Below, one piece after another: positions 1 through 9,249 of a DNA stretch of 51,151 nt (its first letter is position 1; every line of letters starts with the position of its first letter). The stretch comes from Microbacterium sp. (GTDB taxonomy: Bacteria; Actinomycetota; Actinomycetes; Actinomycetales; Microbacteriaceae): the NCBI GenBank assembly GCA_031178475.1, contig JAPSIX010000001.1, positions 1-51,151 on the forward strand, given 5' to 3'. A program made the translations under genes and the position numbers. The notes under the pieces were generated by a model, which saw only the letters and a program-made list of their open reading frames with translations, did not search any database and was not told where the DNA came from.

Positions 1-127
1 GTGACACATACGGTGAACGATGTCGCGAGACATGGCATCAATTCGATGAACAATGTCGTGAGACATCCCGGCCCGGAAATGAGAAATGTGTCGCGACATC
101 GAGTGAACGATGTCGCGACACATCACA
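1..127. mobile_element. Terminal region of an IS481-family-like insertion sequence (body lies left of the window)
   Basis: Three direct copies of TGAAC(G/A)ATGTCG(C/T)GA(G/C)ACAT (13-33, 46-66, 103-123), one inverted copy (86-101), and an end in CATCACA (TGT on the other strand). Multiple transposase-binding repeats and TGT/ACA termini are typical of IS481-like ends. Confidence 0.65.
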
Positions 128-379
128 CCCGATGACGAGACACCACGTGAGAAAGACGATGAGTGCAGCTTCGAGCTCATCCGGCGGCGTGTTCCGCCTG
201 ATCACTTCGTAGATGGAAATCTCGATCAGCAAAGGCCCTAGAGTAAACCCGTAGACCCACGTGGCCCATATTGCCACAGAGTCCCACCGGGGCAATTTCG
301 GCCACGGTCGCTGAGAGGTGAGAATCCGCCGGGGTCGGCTACTACGCAATTCAGTGCCTCCGGGCGACGACACTGTCAT
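128..379 (-). pseudogene. Membrane protein gene truncated by the IS end
   Basis: GGAGG RBS before ATG 379; two hydrophobic segments; the frame runs into the IS terminus at 127. Confidence 0.45.
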
Positions 380-649
380 ATGTACCTCCCGCTAATCTCA
401 TCAACTGCTTCGTTCTCATCGAGAGTAATCGAACCCACTGACCCCAATGGGTCAGCGGCCTTCTGCAGAGTGCTAAGGAAGAGACCAGATGAGAATGAGC
501 AGTAGGTCCAGCTCGAGTCTCAGGTCCTTTGCCTCGATCCGTTTTACCTCGCCAATGCACCCTCTCTTGTGGCGTTTCTAAATGAGTCAATGACGGAGTC
601 GCCGGGTTTAGGTGAGGAGTCGTTCTATCAGATTGCAACGGTGATCCTC

Positions 650-1195
650 CCCGGCGATACTGCCAGAACGGCCGCAGCGGTAGCGTCCCGATGCGACAGC
701 GACGCCTGCGTGTCGGCCGCACTCCACCCCGACAGTCGCCAAATAGAGCATCACCGGACCTGGAATCAGCATCAACCCGCAAGTGGTGAAAACAAGGGCG
801 AGAAGAGCATCGACGGGAATCATGGTCACATCCCAAACGTTCCGCACGCTAAGTCGGTCAAGTGTGGGACTCGTCTGCGGGTTCCGGGTCAGAGCAATCT
901 GCGATCGCGGGCGATTGTCACCGCGTGGGCCCTGTCTCGTGCTTCGAGCTTCCCGAACGCGTGTTGCAGGTGCGTCTTCACGGTGGTCTCCGAGATGCCG
1001 AGCTGGATGCCGATCGCACCGTTGGCCCGTCCCTCAGTGACCAACCGCTCGCGGTGCGACAGCACCGAGGGTAGGGCCGCAATCCGGGCTGCCTGCTCGG
1101 ACCGGCTTCGGCCGCTGTCGGTCCGAGCATGGACCTGCCGCGAGCTGTGGTACGCACGGCGGCGACGAGGACATCCGGCGGGGAGACCTACATGA
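650..1195 (-). pseudogene. Degenerate duplicate of the response-regulator 3' half plus LysE 5' part
   Basis: Aligns by eye to about 12380-12970 with substitutions and internal deletions (MIPVDALLALVFTTCGLMLIPGP vs MIPVDALLAFVATTCGFMLIPGP). Confidence 0.85.
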
Positions 1196-1206
1196 AAGTG
1201 GGTCCC

Positions 1207-1797
1207 TCAACGGAGATCAGCCGCGCTCTTGACGACGACGCCGTAGAGGTCGCCGATCGTCGCCAGGGCGCTGTTGTGCAGCTGCTCGGCCGAGACCGGC
1301 ACGATCCCCGCCTCGAGCGGGCGGGTGGCCGAGGCGTCGGCGACGACGGTGGGCTTCTTGCCGGCGAGGAAGGTGCCCTCGGCGGTGAACTGGACGCACA
1401 TGTTCGTCATGAAGCCGGCGATGACGACGTCGTCGTTCCCGGCCTTGCCGACGAGCTCGCCCAGGTTCGTGCCGACGTAGGCGTTCGGAGCGCCCTTGAT
1501 CACGGTGGCCTCGCCCTCGATCGGCGCGACCGTCGGGTGGATCTGGCCGATCTCGGCGCGGACGTCGTACGGCGTTCCCTCGCCGCCGTCGTTGACGATG
1601 TGGATGACCGTCGAGCCGGCCTCGCGGGCGCGGGCGAGCAGGTCGGCGGCGGCGTCGAGGGCCGGCTCCCAGTCCTCGAACTCCATGACGCCGGTCGTGT
1701 ACGTGTTCTGGTAGTCGATCATCACCAGCGTCGAGTCCTTGAGGGTGGCCGGGGTGTTGTCGAAGCCGTTGAGCTCGCGGAGCGTGGTTCGTGCCAT
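1207..1797 (-). CDS. Isochorismatase/cysteine hydrolase family protein
   Basis: LVMIDYQN, KGAPNAY and GFMTNMCVQFTA motifs (D-K-C triad); RBS present. Confidence 0.9.
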   Translation of the reverse strand: MARTTLRELNGFDNTPATLKDSTLVMIDYQNTYTTGVMEFEDWEPALDAAADLLARAREAGSTVIHIVNDGGEGTPYDVRAEIGQIHPTVAPIEGEATVIKGAPNAYVGTNLGELVGKAGNDDVVIAGFMTNMCVQFTAEGTFLAGKKPTVVADASATRPLEAGIVPVSAEQLHNSALATIGDLYGVVVKSAADLR

Positions 1798-1916
1798 GGG
1801 TTCTTCCTGCTTTCTTCTCGTGTATGAGGGTCGCCTTCAACGCTAGGAGCGCGATGCGGTGTCGGCAATGTCGTGTAACCTGCAAATACAGACATCCGCC
1901 GTCAGGGAGGTCGGAC

Positions 1917-2903
1917 ATGATCGAGCGACTCGTCGTCGTCGCGCTCTTCGAGCGCGTCGACCTGCTCGACGTCACGGGGCCGCCGGAGGTCTTCTCGCTG
2001 CTCCAGCGGGAGATGGACGAGCCGACGGGCTATCGGGTGGTCCTCGCCGCCGAGACGCTGGACCCGGTGACCACATCGGCAGGCGTCCGGGTGCTGCCGG
2101 ACACGACGTTCGAGGACCTCACAGGCCGCCGCATCGACACCCTCATCGTCCCGGGCTCGGTCGAGGTCGACGAGCACCGCAGAGTCCGCGCCGTCGCCGA
2201 TCCCACGGTCGTCGAGCGCATCGGCGAGCTCGCCGCGCGGACCAGACGGGTAACCTCGGTCTGCGTGGGCGCGCACATCCTCGCCGCGGCGGGGCTGCTC
2301 GACGGCAGGCGGGCGACGACGCACTGGTCGACGGCGGCGCAGCTCGCTGACGAGCACCCGGAGATCGAGGTCGACGCCGACCCGATCTTCATCCGCGACG
2401 GGGACGTGTGGACCGGGGCCGGCATCAGCTCGTGCTTGGACTTGTCCTTGGCGTTCGTCGCCGACGACTTCGGCGCGGAGCTCGCCCAGAGGGTGGCCCG
2501 CCAGCTCGTCGTCTACCTCAAGCGCCCGGGCGGGCAGAGCCAGTTCAGCGTCCCGCTCGTCCAGATCGCGACCTCGACGCGGGTCGACGAGCTGCGGCTC
2601 TTCATCGCCGAGCACCTGAGCGACCACCTGACCGTGGAGAGCCTCGCCGAGTCGCTCCACATCTCGGACCGGCAGCTCACGCGGGTCTTCAAGCAGGAGC
2701 TCGGCACCACGCCAGGTGCCTACATCGAGCAGGCGAGGGTCGAGGCGGCGAAGAACCGGCTCGAGACGAGCGACGACACGCTCGACCGCGTGGCCGCGCT
2801 GTGCGGCTTCGGCACCGTCGACACCCTCGCGCGGGCGTTCCGGCGCAGCCTCGGCATCACTCCCGGCGAGTACCGGCAGCGGTTCCGTCTGCAGCCGACC
2901 TGA
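1917..2903 (+). CDS. GlxA-family (DJ-1/PfpI + AraC) transcriptional regulator
   Basis: SVCVGA, ATTHW, RPGGQSQFS and C-terminal AraC HTH; GGAGG RBS; divergent from the isochorismatase. Confidence 0.92.
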   Translation: MIERLVVVALFERVDLLDVTGPPEVFSLLQREMDEPTGYRVVLAAETLDPVTTSAGVRVLPDTTFEDLTGRRIDTLIVPGSVEVDEHRRVRAVADPTVVERIGELAARTRRVTSVCVGAHILAAAGLLDGRRATTHWSTAAQLADEHPEIEVDADPIFIRDGDVWTGAGISSCLDLSLAFVADDFGAELAQRVARQLVVYLKRPGGQSQFSVPLVQIATSTRVDELRLFIAEHLSDHLTVESLAESLHISDRQLTRVFKQELGTTPGAYIEQARVEAAKNRLETSDDTLDRVAALCGFGTVDTLARAFRRSLGITPGEYRQRFRLQPT

Positions 2904-2908
2904 GGCGT

Positions 2909-3673
2909 TCATACGTCCCGCCTGCGGTAGACGACGACCGAGGGGACGAGAGCGGCCAGCGTCCAGGCGACGACCGTCAGCCAGGCGACGGCTGCCGCCG
3001 GTGCTCCCTCGGGCGGATCGCTGAACCACAATGTGTAGCCGGCGATGTCGGGCAGTGCGAAGGCGAACGGCTGGCCGAGCAGCATCGGGCTGACGACGAC
3101 GAGGTAGAGCACCAGCGCTCCCGCAGCGGGCAGGGCCCGGCGGGTCAGGGAGCCGGCGGCCGACGAGAGCACGACCATGAGCGCCAGGTACGCCGTCGCG
3201 CTGGCGACCGTCACGACGAGGGGCACGGGTGCCGGGAACGCGACGTCGGCTCCGAGGACGGCGACGGTGGCCAGGATGCTCGAGGCGATGACGAGCAGAG
3301 CCGCGGGCACCGCGACGAGCACGAGCGCGATCGTCGCTGCCAGGCGCTGGGTCACCCGGTGCGGCATGGCGATGAGCGTCGTGCGGACCTGGCCGCCGAC
3401 GTGCTCGGAGCAGGCGACGATGACGCCGAGGACGAACAGGCCCGCCTGCGAGTACGGCAGGGCCGCCATCGCGACGTCGAGCGAGCCCATCGCCCCTGGC
3501 CCGTCACCGGCCTGAGACGCGAAGAAGAGGGAGAGGACGGCGCTCAGGGCAGCCGTGCCTCCGATCGTCAGCCAGGTCGCGGGCAGGGTGACGATCTTCG
3601 ACAGCTCGGCGCGGACGGCGTCGACGAAGGCGGCCGCGGCGGTGCGCAGGACGAGGACGGGCGCTGCGCTCAT
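2909..3673 (-). CDS. ABC transporter permease
   Basis: About six TM segments; SEHVGGQVRTTLIAMPHR motif; overlaps the stop of the upstream permease. Confidence 0.85.
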   Translation of the reverse strand: MSAAPVLVLRTAAAAFVDAVRAELSKIVTLPATWLTIGGTAALSAVLSLFFASQAGDGPGAMGSLDVAMAALPYSQAGLFVLGVIVACSEHVGGQVRTTLIAMPHRVTQRLAATIALVLVAVPAALLVIASSILATVAVLGADVAFPAPVPLVVTVASATAYLALMVVLSSAAGSLTRRALPAAGALVLYLVVVSPMLLGQPFAFALPDIAGYTLWFSDPPEGAPAAAVAWLTVVAWTLAALVPSVVVYRRRDV

Positions 3674-4398
3674 GCTTCCCGCCTGACGAAGGTCACGGCG
3701 GCGACGGCGAGCAGTGCTGCGACCCAGGCGGCCATGACGAGGCCGCCGGTCAGCGGTGCCATTTCGACGGTGGATTCGATCCCGCGGCTCCACATCCGCA
3801 TGCCGGCGACGTCGGGCAGCCAGTTCGCGGCAGGAGTGACCTTGGTGAGGAGGAAGGTGACGGGGACGGCGGAGAAGTTCGCGACGAGGACGGCCATCGG
3901 CACGACACCGTTGCGGATGAGGACGGTGAGCCCGAAAGCCAGGAGGGCGACGAGCACCCAGTAGACGACGACCCCGCCGGCCCGGACGAAGAAGTCCGCG
4001 TCGAGCGCGGGCATCGCAGCGGGGTTGAGGACGACCAGGAGCCCGAAAGCGACCAGCACGGCGACGGCGGCGAGGACGACCGTGGCCAGGACGACCGCGA
4101 GGGCCTTGGCGGCCAGCACCTTGAGGCGGGAGGGCGTCGCGACCAGCGTGGTCGTGATCTGCCTCCCGCCGGCGGACTCCTCGCCCTCGACGGCGTACTC
4201 GCTGCTCATCGCCACGACGCCGACGACGATGGCTCCGGCGACGCCAAGGGCCAGCGAGGAGAAGCCGGAGTCCGGGCTCGGGTCCGAGCCGGCGGAGAGG
4301 AGGCTCAGCCCGGCGGTGACGACGACCCCCGCGGCCATGGCTATCCATGTCGCGGGAAGCGAGGCGAGCTTCGACAGCTCAGCGGAGACGGCCCTCAT
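3670..4398 (-). CDS. ABC transporter permease
   Basis: AELSKLASLP start, QITTTLVATPSR motif, multiple TM segments. Confidence 0.85.
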   Translation of the reverse strand: MRAVSAELSKLASLPATWIAMAAGVVVTAGLSLLSAGSDPSPDSGFSSLALGVAGAIVVGVVAMSSEYAVEGEESAGGRQITTTLVATPSRLKVLAAKALAVVLATVVLAAVAVLVAFGLLVVLNPAAMPALDADFFVRAGGVVVYWVLVALLAFGLTVLIRNGVVPMAVLVANFSAVPVTFLLTKVTPAANWLPDVAGMRMWSRGIESTVEMAPLTGGLVMAAWVAALLAVAAVTFVRREA

Positions 4399-5102
4399 CG
4401 GACGCCCCGATCGCCCGTCAGGGAGAAGAAGGCGTCCTCGAGGTTGCGATGGCTGCCGGTGACCTCATCCAGGGTGCCGTCGGCGACGATCCGGCCTTCA
4501 CGGATGACGACCACGTCGTCGACGGTCTCGGCGAGCTCGCCCATGAGGTGCGAGGAGAGCAGCACGGTCCTGCCGGAGGACGCCTGCTCGCGGAGGAAGA
4601 GTCGGATCCAGCGGATGCCCTCGGGATCGAGGCCGTTGACCGGCTCGTCGAGGACGAGAGCCTCGGGGTCGGCGAGCAGCGCTGCGGCCAAGCCCAGCCT
4701 TCGGCCCATGCCGAGCGAGTACGTCGAGACTCGCTTGCCGGCGGCGTCGAGGATGCCGACGGTCTCGAGCACCTCTTCCACACGGGCATTGCCGATGCCC
4801 GCCGACCGCGCCACCCAGCGCAGGTGAGCGCGGCCGGTGCGGGAGCGGTGCGCGCCGGAGCCGTCGAGGACCGCACCGACCTTCCTGAGCGGGTCGCGGA
4901 AGGAGGCGAACGGCTGACCGTCGACGAGCGCGGTCCCGGAGGTCGCCCGGTCGAGACCGAGGAGGATGCGCAGCGTCGACGACTTGCCCGCGCCGTTCGG
5001 CCCGAGATAGCCGGTGACGCGTCCCGGACGGGCCGTGAATGTGATGCCGTCGAGGATCGTCCGAGATCCCCGCTGCTTGGTCAGTTGGTCGAATGCGAGC
5101 AT
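4395..5102 (-). CDS. ABC transporter ATP-binding protein (BcrA/LanF-like)
   Basis: Walker A GPNGAGKS, signature YSLGM, Walker B LVLDEP, SSH. Confidence 0.93.
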   Translation of the reverse strand: MLAFDQLTKQRGSRTILDGITFTARPGRVTGYLGPNGAGKSSTLRILLGLDRATSGTALVDGQPFASFRDPLRKVGAVLDGSGAHRSRTGRAHLRWVARSAGIGNARVEEVLETVGILDAAGKRVSTYSLGMGRRLGLAAALLADPEALVLDEPVNGLDPEGIRWIRLFLREQASSGRTVLLSSHLMGELAETVDDVVVIREGRIVADGTLDEVTGSHRNLEDAFFSLTGDRGVR

Positions 5103-5136
5103 GACTCCATCCCAGCGGTCCGCGCCCGCGATGACA

Positions 5137-5177
5137 TTGGCCCCAGGTGCAGTCTTCGGTCCTAGACCTGGGGCTAA
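5137..5177. promoter_or_regulatory. Inverted repeat between divergent ABC and two-component genes; putative response-regulator site
   Basis: TTGGCCCCAGGT (5137-5148) and ACCTGGGGCTAA (5166-5177), 11/12 complementary. Confidence 0.5.
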
Positions 5178-5211
5178 TGGCATTCGCAGATTGGCTGCAT
5201 ACGCTCGAGGG

Positions 5212-6054
5212 ATGGAGGACTTCGAACGGCCCGTCTGGGCATCGTGGGCATGGCCCGCGGCTTTCGGAGCCCTCGCGGCCCTCTTCGCGCTCCTACCAGT
5301 GCTGCCCATCGGCCGTGTCGCCCCGATCTGGTCCCTGCTCGGCTTCGCCCTGCTCGTCGTCGGCGTCGTCGGCTGGGCCGTGATGCGCACCCGCCTCCAG
5401 CGCCGCCAGTACGAGGAACGGTTGGAACAGTGGGCGAAGGCCAAGGCAGCCGCCGACGAGCGGCTGCGGATCGCACGCGAGCTCCACGACCTCGCCTCCC
5501 ACGGGCTCGGCACCATGACCGTCCGCGCGGCCACGGCGAAGCTCGCCGACGAGGACGAGAGACTGATCGCCCTCGACGACATCGAGCGCCTCGGCCGGCG
5601 GTCGACGACCGAGCTGCGGAAGATGCTCGCCGTGCTCCGCGACCCCGGCGCTCAGGCCCCGATGCGGCCCGTCGACTCGCTGACCGACCTGCCGGACATC
5701 GTCGAGACGGCACGGAGGACCGGCATCGAGGCGGAGCTGACCGTCGACGACCTCGGCGAGGTGCCCGCGAGCGTGCAGGTGACCGTCTGCGCCATCGTGC
5801 GCGAGGCGCTGGCCAACGCCGCCCGTCATGCAGGAGCCACCCGGGCACAGATCTCCATCGCCCTGACCCGGCGCGGGTTCGCCGTGGACGTCCGCGACTC
5901 CGGGCCCTCGCCGGGCTGGCGGCCGCACCCGGGCACCGGGCACGGGCTCGACGGCCTGCGCGAGAGGGTCGCCCTGCACGGCGGGACGCTGACCACGGGT
6001 GCGCACGAGGACGAGTTCCGCGTGCGCGCTGAGCTGCCGAGGGAGGACGCGTGA
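5212..6054 (+). CDS. Sensor histidine kinase (HisKA_3)
   Basis: ERLRIARELHD, EALANAARHA, DSG, GHGLDGLRER; two N-terminal TM helices. Confidence 0.92.
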   Translation: MEDFERPVWASWAWPAAFGALAALFALLPVLPIGRVAPIWSLLGFALLVVGVVGWAVMRTRLQRRQYEERLEQWAKAKAAADERLRIARELHDLASHGLGTMTVRAATAKLADEDERLIALDDIERLGRRSTTELRKMLAVLRDPGAQAPMRPVDSLTDLPDIVETARRTGIEAELTVDDLGEVPASVQVTVCAIVREALANAARHAGATRAQISIALTRRGFAVDVRDSGPSPGWRPHPGTGHGLDGLRERVALHGGTLTTGAHEDEFRVRAELPREDA

Positions 6055-6731
6055 ACGACGCGGCAGCGATCCGGGTGCTCCTCGTCGACGACGACCAACT
6101 GCTTCGCCGATCCCTGAAGATCGCCATCGACCACGAGGACGGCCTCGACGTCGTCGGCGAGGCGGCCGCGGGCAACGAGGCCGCGGCCCAGGCCCGGGCG
6201 CTGCGACCGGACGTCGTCCTCATGGACATCCGGATGCCCGGCGGCAACGGGATCGAGGCGACGCAGGCGATCACCGGCGACGCCTCGCTCGAGGACACCA
6301 AGGTCGTCGTGCTCACGATGTTCGAGCTCGACGAGTACGTCTACGGAGCGCTGAAGGCCGGGGCAAGCGCCTTCCTGCTCAAGGACTCGACGCCCGAGCG
6401 GCTCGTCGAGGCGATCCGGCGGGTCCACGCCGGCGAGTCGCTCTTCGCGCCGCAGGTGATGAGCCGGCTCGTCGAGCACTACGTAACCGCGGCGAGGGGT
6501 CGGGCCAGCGGTCGTGGGCTCGATCTGCTGACCGAGAGGGAGCGCGAGGTCCTCGGACTCGTCGCCGAGGGCCTGTCGAACGACGAGATCGCCGCCAGGC
6601 TCGTTGTCACCATGCACACGGTTAAGGCCCACATCGGCGCGCTGCGCTCGAAGCTCCACGCCCGCGACCGCGCGCAGCTCGTCATCGCCGCCTACGAAGG
6701 CGGCGCGGCCGACTCGCACGCCAGCGGCTAG
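6051..6731 (+). CDS. NarL/LuxR-family response regulator
   Basis: LVDDD, DVVLMDIRMP, FLLKD, LTEREREVL...RDRAQLV. Confidence 0.95.
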   Translation: MNDAAAIRVLLVDDDQLLRRSLKIAIDHEDGLDVVGEAAAGNEAAAQARALRPDVVLMDIRMPGGNGIEATQAITGDASLEDTKVVVLTMFELDEYVYGALKAGASAFLLKDSTPERLVEAIRRVHAGESLFAPQVMSRLVEHYVTAARGRASGRGLDLLTEREREVLGLVAEGLSNDEIAARLVVTMHTVKAHIGALRSKLHARDRAQLVIAAYEGGAADSHASG

Positions 6732-6854
6732 TCAGGGCGGTCATCCCCCGACTACGCGCGTTCCTTCAGTTGCCGTGCGTTGCTGGACTGGATTGCGCCA
6801 GTGAAGCACGCGCCACCTCTGGACTTCCGAACACGTTCCGAATACCATAGGGCC

Positions 6855-7322
6855 ATGACCATCGCAGCAGACCTCCCCACGGCGACCCGCCGCTCCTCGG
6901 ACCTGAGCAAGCACTCCGCCGAGGTCTTCGCCGAGGCCGAGGACCACCCCGTCACGGTGACACGACGCGACGGCGAAGCGCTGGTGCTGATGTCGCAGCG
7001 CGAGGCCGAGGGCCGCGCGCGCCTGCTCGACTTCGCCGCGCAGCTCATCACCGTGGCCCTCGACGGCGAAGACCCCCTCCCCGAGCGTATGTCCAAGGCC
7101 TTCCCTTGGATGCTGGCGCTGACGCCGGCGGACCGGGAGGCCTGCGCGAAGGACCTCGTCGACGCCGCGCGCGCTTCGTTCTCCACAGATCAGCCGCACC
7201 TGGCGATCATGGAACTGACGAGCTGGAAGGAGACGGCAACCGCGGTGGCTGCTGGCCTCGGCGCAGCCGACCTCGAATGGCTCGAGGAGGACGACGTCGC
7301 TGAGCTCGTGGAGCGTCCCTGA
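6855..7322 (+). CDS. Phd/YefM-like antitoxin with C-terminal extension
   Basis: N-terminal SDLSKHSAEVFAEAEDHPVTVTRRDGEALVLMS resembles the Phd DNA-binding domain; acidic C-terminus. Confidence 0.75.
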   Translation: MTIAADLPTATRRSSDLSKHSAEVFAEAEDHPVTVTRRDGEALVLMSQREAEGRARLLDFAAQLITVALDGEDPLPERMSKAFPWMLALTPADREACAKDLVDAARASFSTDQPHLAIMELTSWKETATAVAAGLGAADLEWLEEDDVAELVERP

Positions 7323-7324
7323 CC

Positions 7325-7672
7325 GTGGCGGCCAAGAAGGGCCAGCTGGTCCCCCGTCCTCCGAAGAAGGTCGAGTACGAGATCCGCTTCGCCACTTCTG
7401 ATGCGCAGAAGGGATGGCGGGATCTCGTCGCGACGATCCGCAACCCGATGACGGAGGCCTGGGACTTCCTCACGCGCACGCCCCTGACGACGACGCCGAC
7501 GAACTACCGACTCAGGGGTGAGCTCGGAACGATCAGCCGCGGTGGGACGAGTCACGAGCGCTGGCAGCACAAGCCGACGGCGAAGGGCACCGCGAGGATC
7601 TGGTATTTCGTCGACGGGCGCACCGTCTACCTCGAGCAGGTGCACACGAGCCATCCGAACGAGACGAAGTAG
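7325..7672 (+). CDS. Putative RelE/ParE-like toxin
   Basis: 115 aa basic protein 2 nt after the antitoxin; YEIRFxxxxAxK...ARIWYFVD..VYLEQV pattern. Confidence 0.55.
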   Translation: MAAKKGQLVPRPPKKVEYEIRFATSDAQKGWRDLVATIRNPMTEAWDFLTRTPLTTTPTNYRLRGELGTISRGGTSHERWQHKPTAKGTARIWYFVDGRTVYLEQVHTSHPNETK

Positions 7673-7718
7673 CTGTCCGAATCGGGTCAGGGGTACGCAG
7701 CTCTCTCCAGCGTGGCCC

Positions 7719-8264
7719 TCAGCTATACCCGAGCGCCCCCATCGCCGCGTCGAGGATGTGACCGCGCCACTGCTGCGCCATCTTGGCCTGCAACGACATC
7801 ATTGCGGCAGCTTTGAGCCCCGCGGTCGCCGAGGTCACGCGGATGATGCGCGCTTCGTCGACGGTCGCCGGGTCGATGCCGAACGCGGCGAGCGACACGG
7901 TCCCGATGTCGACGAGGTCACCGAGCTTGTCGTCGCTGGTGAGGCTGTCGACCAAGGTCGAGACTCCGGGCCGGGCGAGCGTGAAGTCGAGAGCGGCTTC
8001 GAGGACAGCACGGTCGCGGCTCGATCCGACTGGGAGTGCCTCCACCCTGTCGTGAATCGCCTGCGCGTAATCGCGGGCAGCAGCGACGGCCGCTTGGTAG
8101 ATCGCGTCCTTGCTCGGGAAGTGGTGCAGCAGGCCGGCCTTGGAGTAACCCACGGCGTCGGCGATCTGCTGCAGCGAGGTGTGAGCGAACCCCTGGCGGG
8201 CGAACAGGGCAGCGGCACTGTCGGCGATCTCGGTCTCGATCTCGGGTCTGCTCGGTCTGGGCAT
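7719..8264 (-). CDS. TetR-family regulator
   Basis: AAALFARQGFAHTSLQQIADAVGYSKAGLLHHFPSK. Confidence 0.93.
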   Translation of the reverse strand: MPRPSRPEIETEIADSAAALFARQGFAHTSLQQIADAVGYSKAGLLHHFPSKDAIYQAAVAAARDYAQAIHDRVEALPVGSSRDRAVLEAALDFTLARPGVSTLVDSLTSDDKLGDLVDIGTVSLAAFGIDPATVDEARIIRVTSATAGLKAAAMMSLQAKMAQQWRGHILDAAMGALGYS

Positions 8265-8295
8265 GCCTCCATTCTAAGCGTTGCCAACCGATCTG

Positions 8296-8328
8296 GTAGA
8301 TTACCGACCAGATCGGTCGGTAATCTAC
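8296..8328. promoter_or_regulatory. Putative TetR operator
   Basis: Perfect 14-5-14 inverted repeat GTAGATTACCGACC-AGATC-GGTCGGTAATCTAC in the divergent intergenic region. Confidence 0.75.
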
Positions 8329-8381
8329 GTGAAGGAGGACCTGATGATGACGGTGCGAAGGCGCATGGACAGGATCAGGCG

Positions 8382-9203
8382 ATGAACGCAGCTGCGTTCA
8401 GGCGAATCCTCTTCTCACTCGTCCCAGTCGAACTCGCTTGCCTCGTGCTCATCGCGGCAGGAGTCGACCTCCCCGGCCCCTTCAGGCTCGCCGTTCTCGC
8501 CCTGCTCATCGCGACCCTCGTCGTGGAGATCTCGATCTGGATCGGCGCGTTCCGACGGTTCCGCCGGGATGGTGCTTCGCGGCCGACAGCGGCCAAGAAC
8601 GCGACCCGCCACGTCATCGGCGACCGCCTGTGGGGGTTCATCACGTCCGAGTTCTCGCTCGTCGGCTCGATCGCGCGCCTCATCGCACGCAAGCCCGACG
8701 TGCCCGACGGGACGCGCGGATTCACCTACCACCGGCAGTCCGCGCCGATGATGTGGGCGATGGTCGGGCTCGTCGTGATCGAGATCGCCGTCGTCCATCT
8801 CGTGATCCCCTGGGACATCGTCCGGCTGGTCCTGCTCGTCGTCAGCGTGTACTCGCTGATCTGGATCGTCGGGTTCATCGCCGGGTTCATGGTCCGTCCT
8901 CACCTGCTCGACGACCGCACGCTGGTGCTCCGTCACGGCCCGAAGACCGTCGTGGTCCTTCCCCTCACCGACATCGAGCGCATCGAGACCACGGGCCGCG
9001 ATCTGAGCGGCATGCGCTCGATCCGATACGTCGACGGCAGCGGCCTACACCTCGCACAGGGCGGTCAGACCAACGTCGACGTGACCCTGACCAGGCCGAT
9101 CAACGGGGTACTGCAGGCCGAAGTACACCCGGTGGACCGAGTGTCCTTCTGGGCAGACGATCCCGATCTCCTCGCCCGAGACGTGCGAGCCGCCGGGCAG
9201 TGA
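8382..9203 (+). CDS. Membrane protein with a probable C-terminal PH-like soluble domain
   Basis: Four hydrophobic segments then RPHLLDDRTLVLRHG; GC-rich third codon positions from ATG 8382. Confidence 0.7.
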   Translation: MNAAAFRRILFSLVPVELACLVLIAAGVDLPGPFRLAVLALLIATLVVEISIWIGAFRRFRRDGASRPTAAKNATRHVIGDRLWGFITSEFSLVGSIARLIARKPDVPDGTRGFTYHRQSAPMMWAMVGLVVIEIAVVHLVIPWDIVRLVLLVVSVYSLIWIVGFIAGFMVRPHLLDDRTLVLRHGPKTVVVLPLTDIERIETTGRDLSGMRSIRYVDGSGLHLAQGGQTNVDVTLTRPINGVLQAEVHPVDRVSFWADDPDLLARDVRAAGQ

Positions 9204-9249
9204 GTCACACGAACGCTCAAGACAGCGTCCCCACAGGAAGTTGCGGCCG

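Noticed and set aside
13-123. Possible CRISPR array
   Set aside because: Repeats are about 20 bp with short irregular spacers, one is inverted, and there are no cas genes; an IS end fits better.
1667-1677. 11-bp match (TCCCAGTCCTC) to the nrdF 3' end as a second att site
   Set aside because: It lies inside an intact gene and reflects shared Glu-Asp-Trp codons.
2408-3964. Long Arg/Gly/Pro-rich ORFs (also 33644-35407, 33720-35090, 38442-40040 and many others)
   Set aside because: Shadow frames of real genes in GC-rich DNA; no recognisable motifs.
7518-9203. 561-aa ORF as a single protein
   Set aside because: The first ~290 codons overlap the toxin gene and the antisense TetR gene; the plausible gene starts at 8382.
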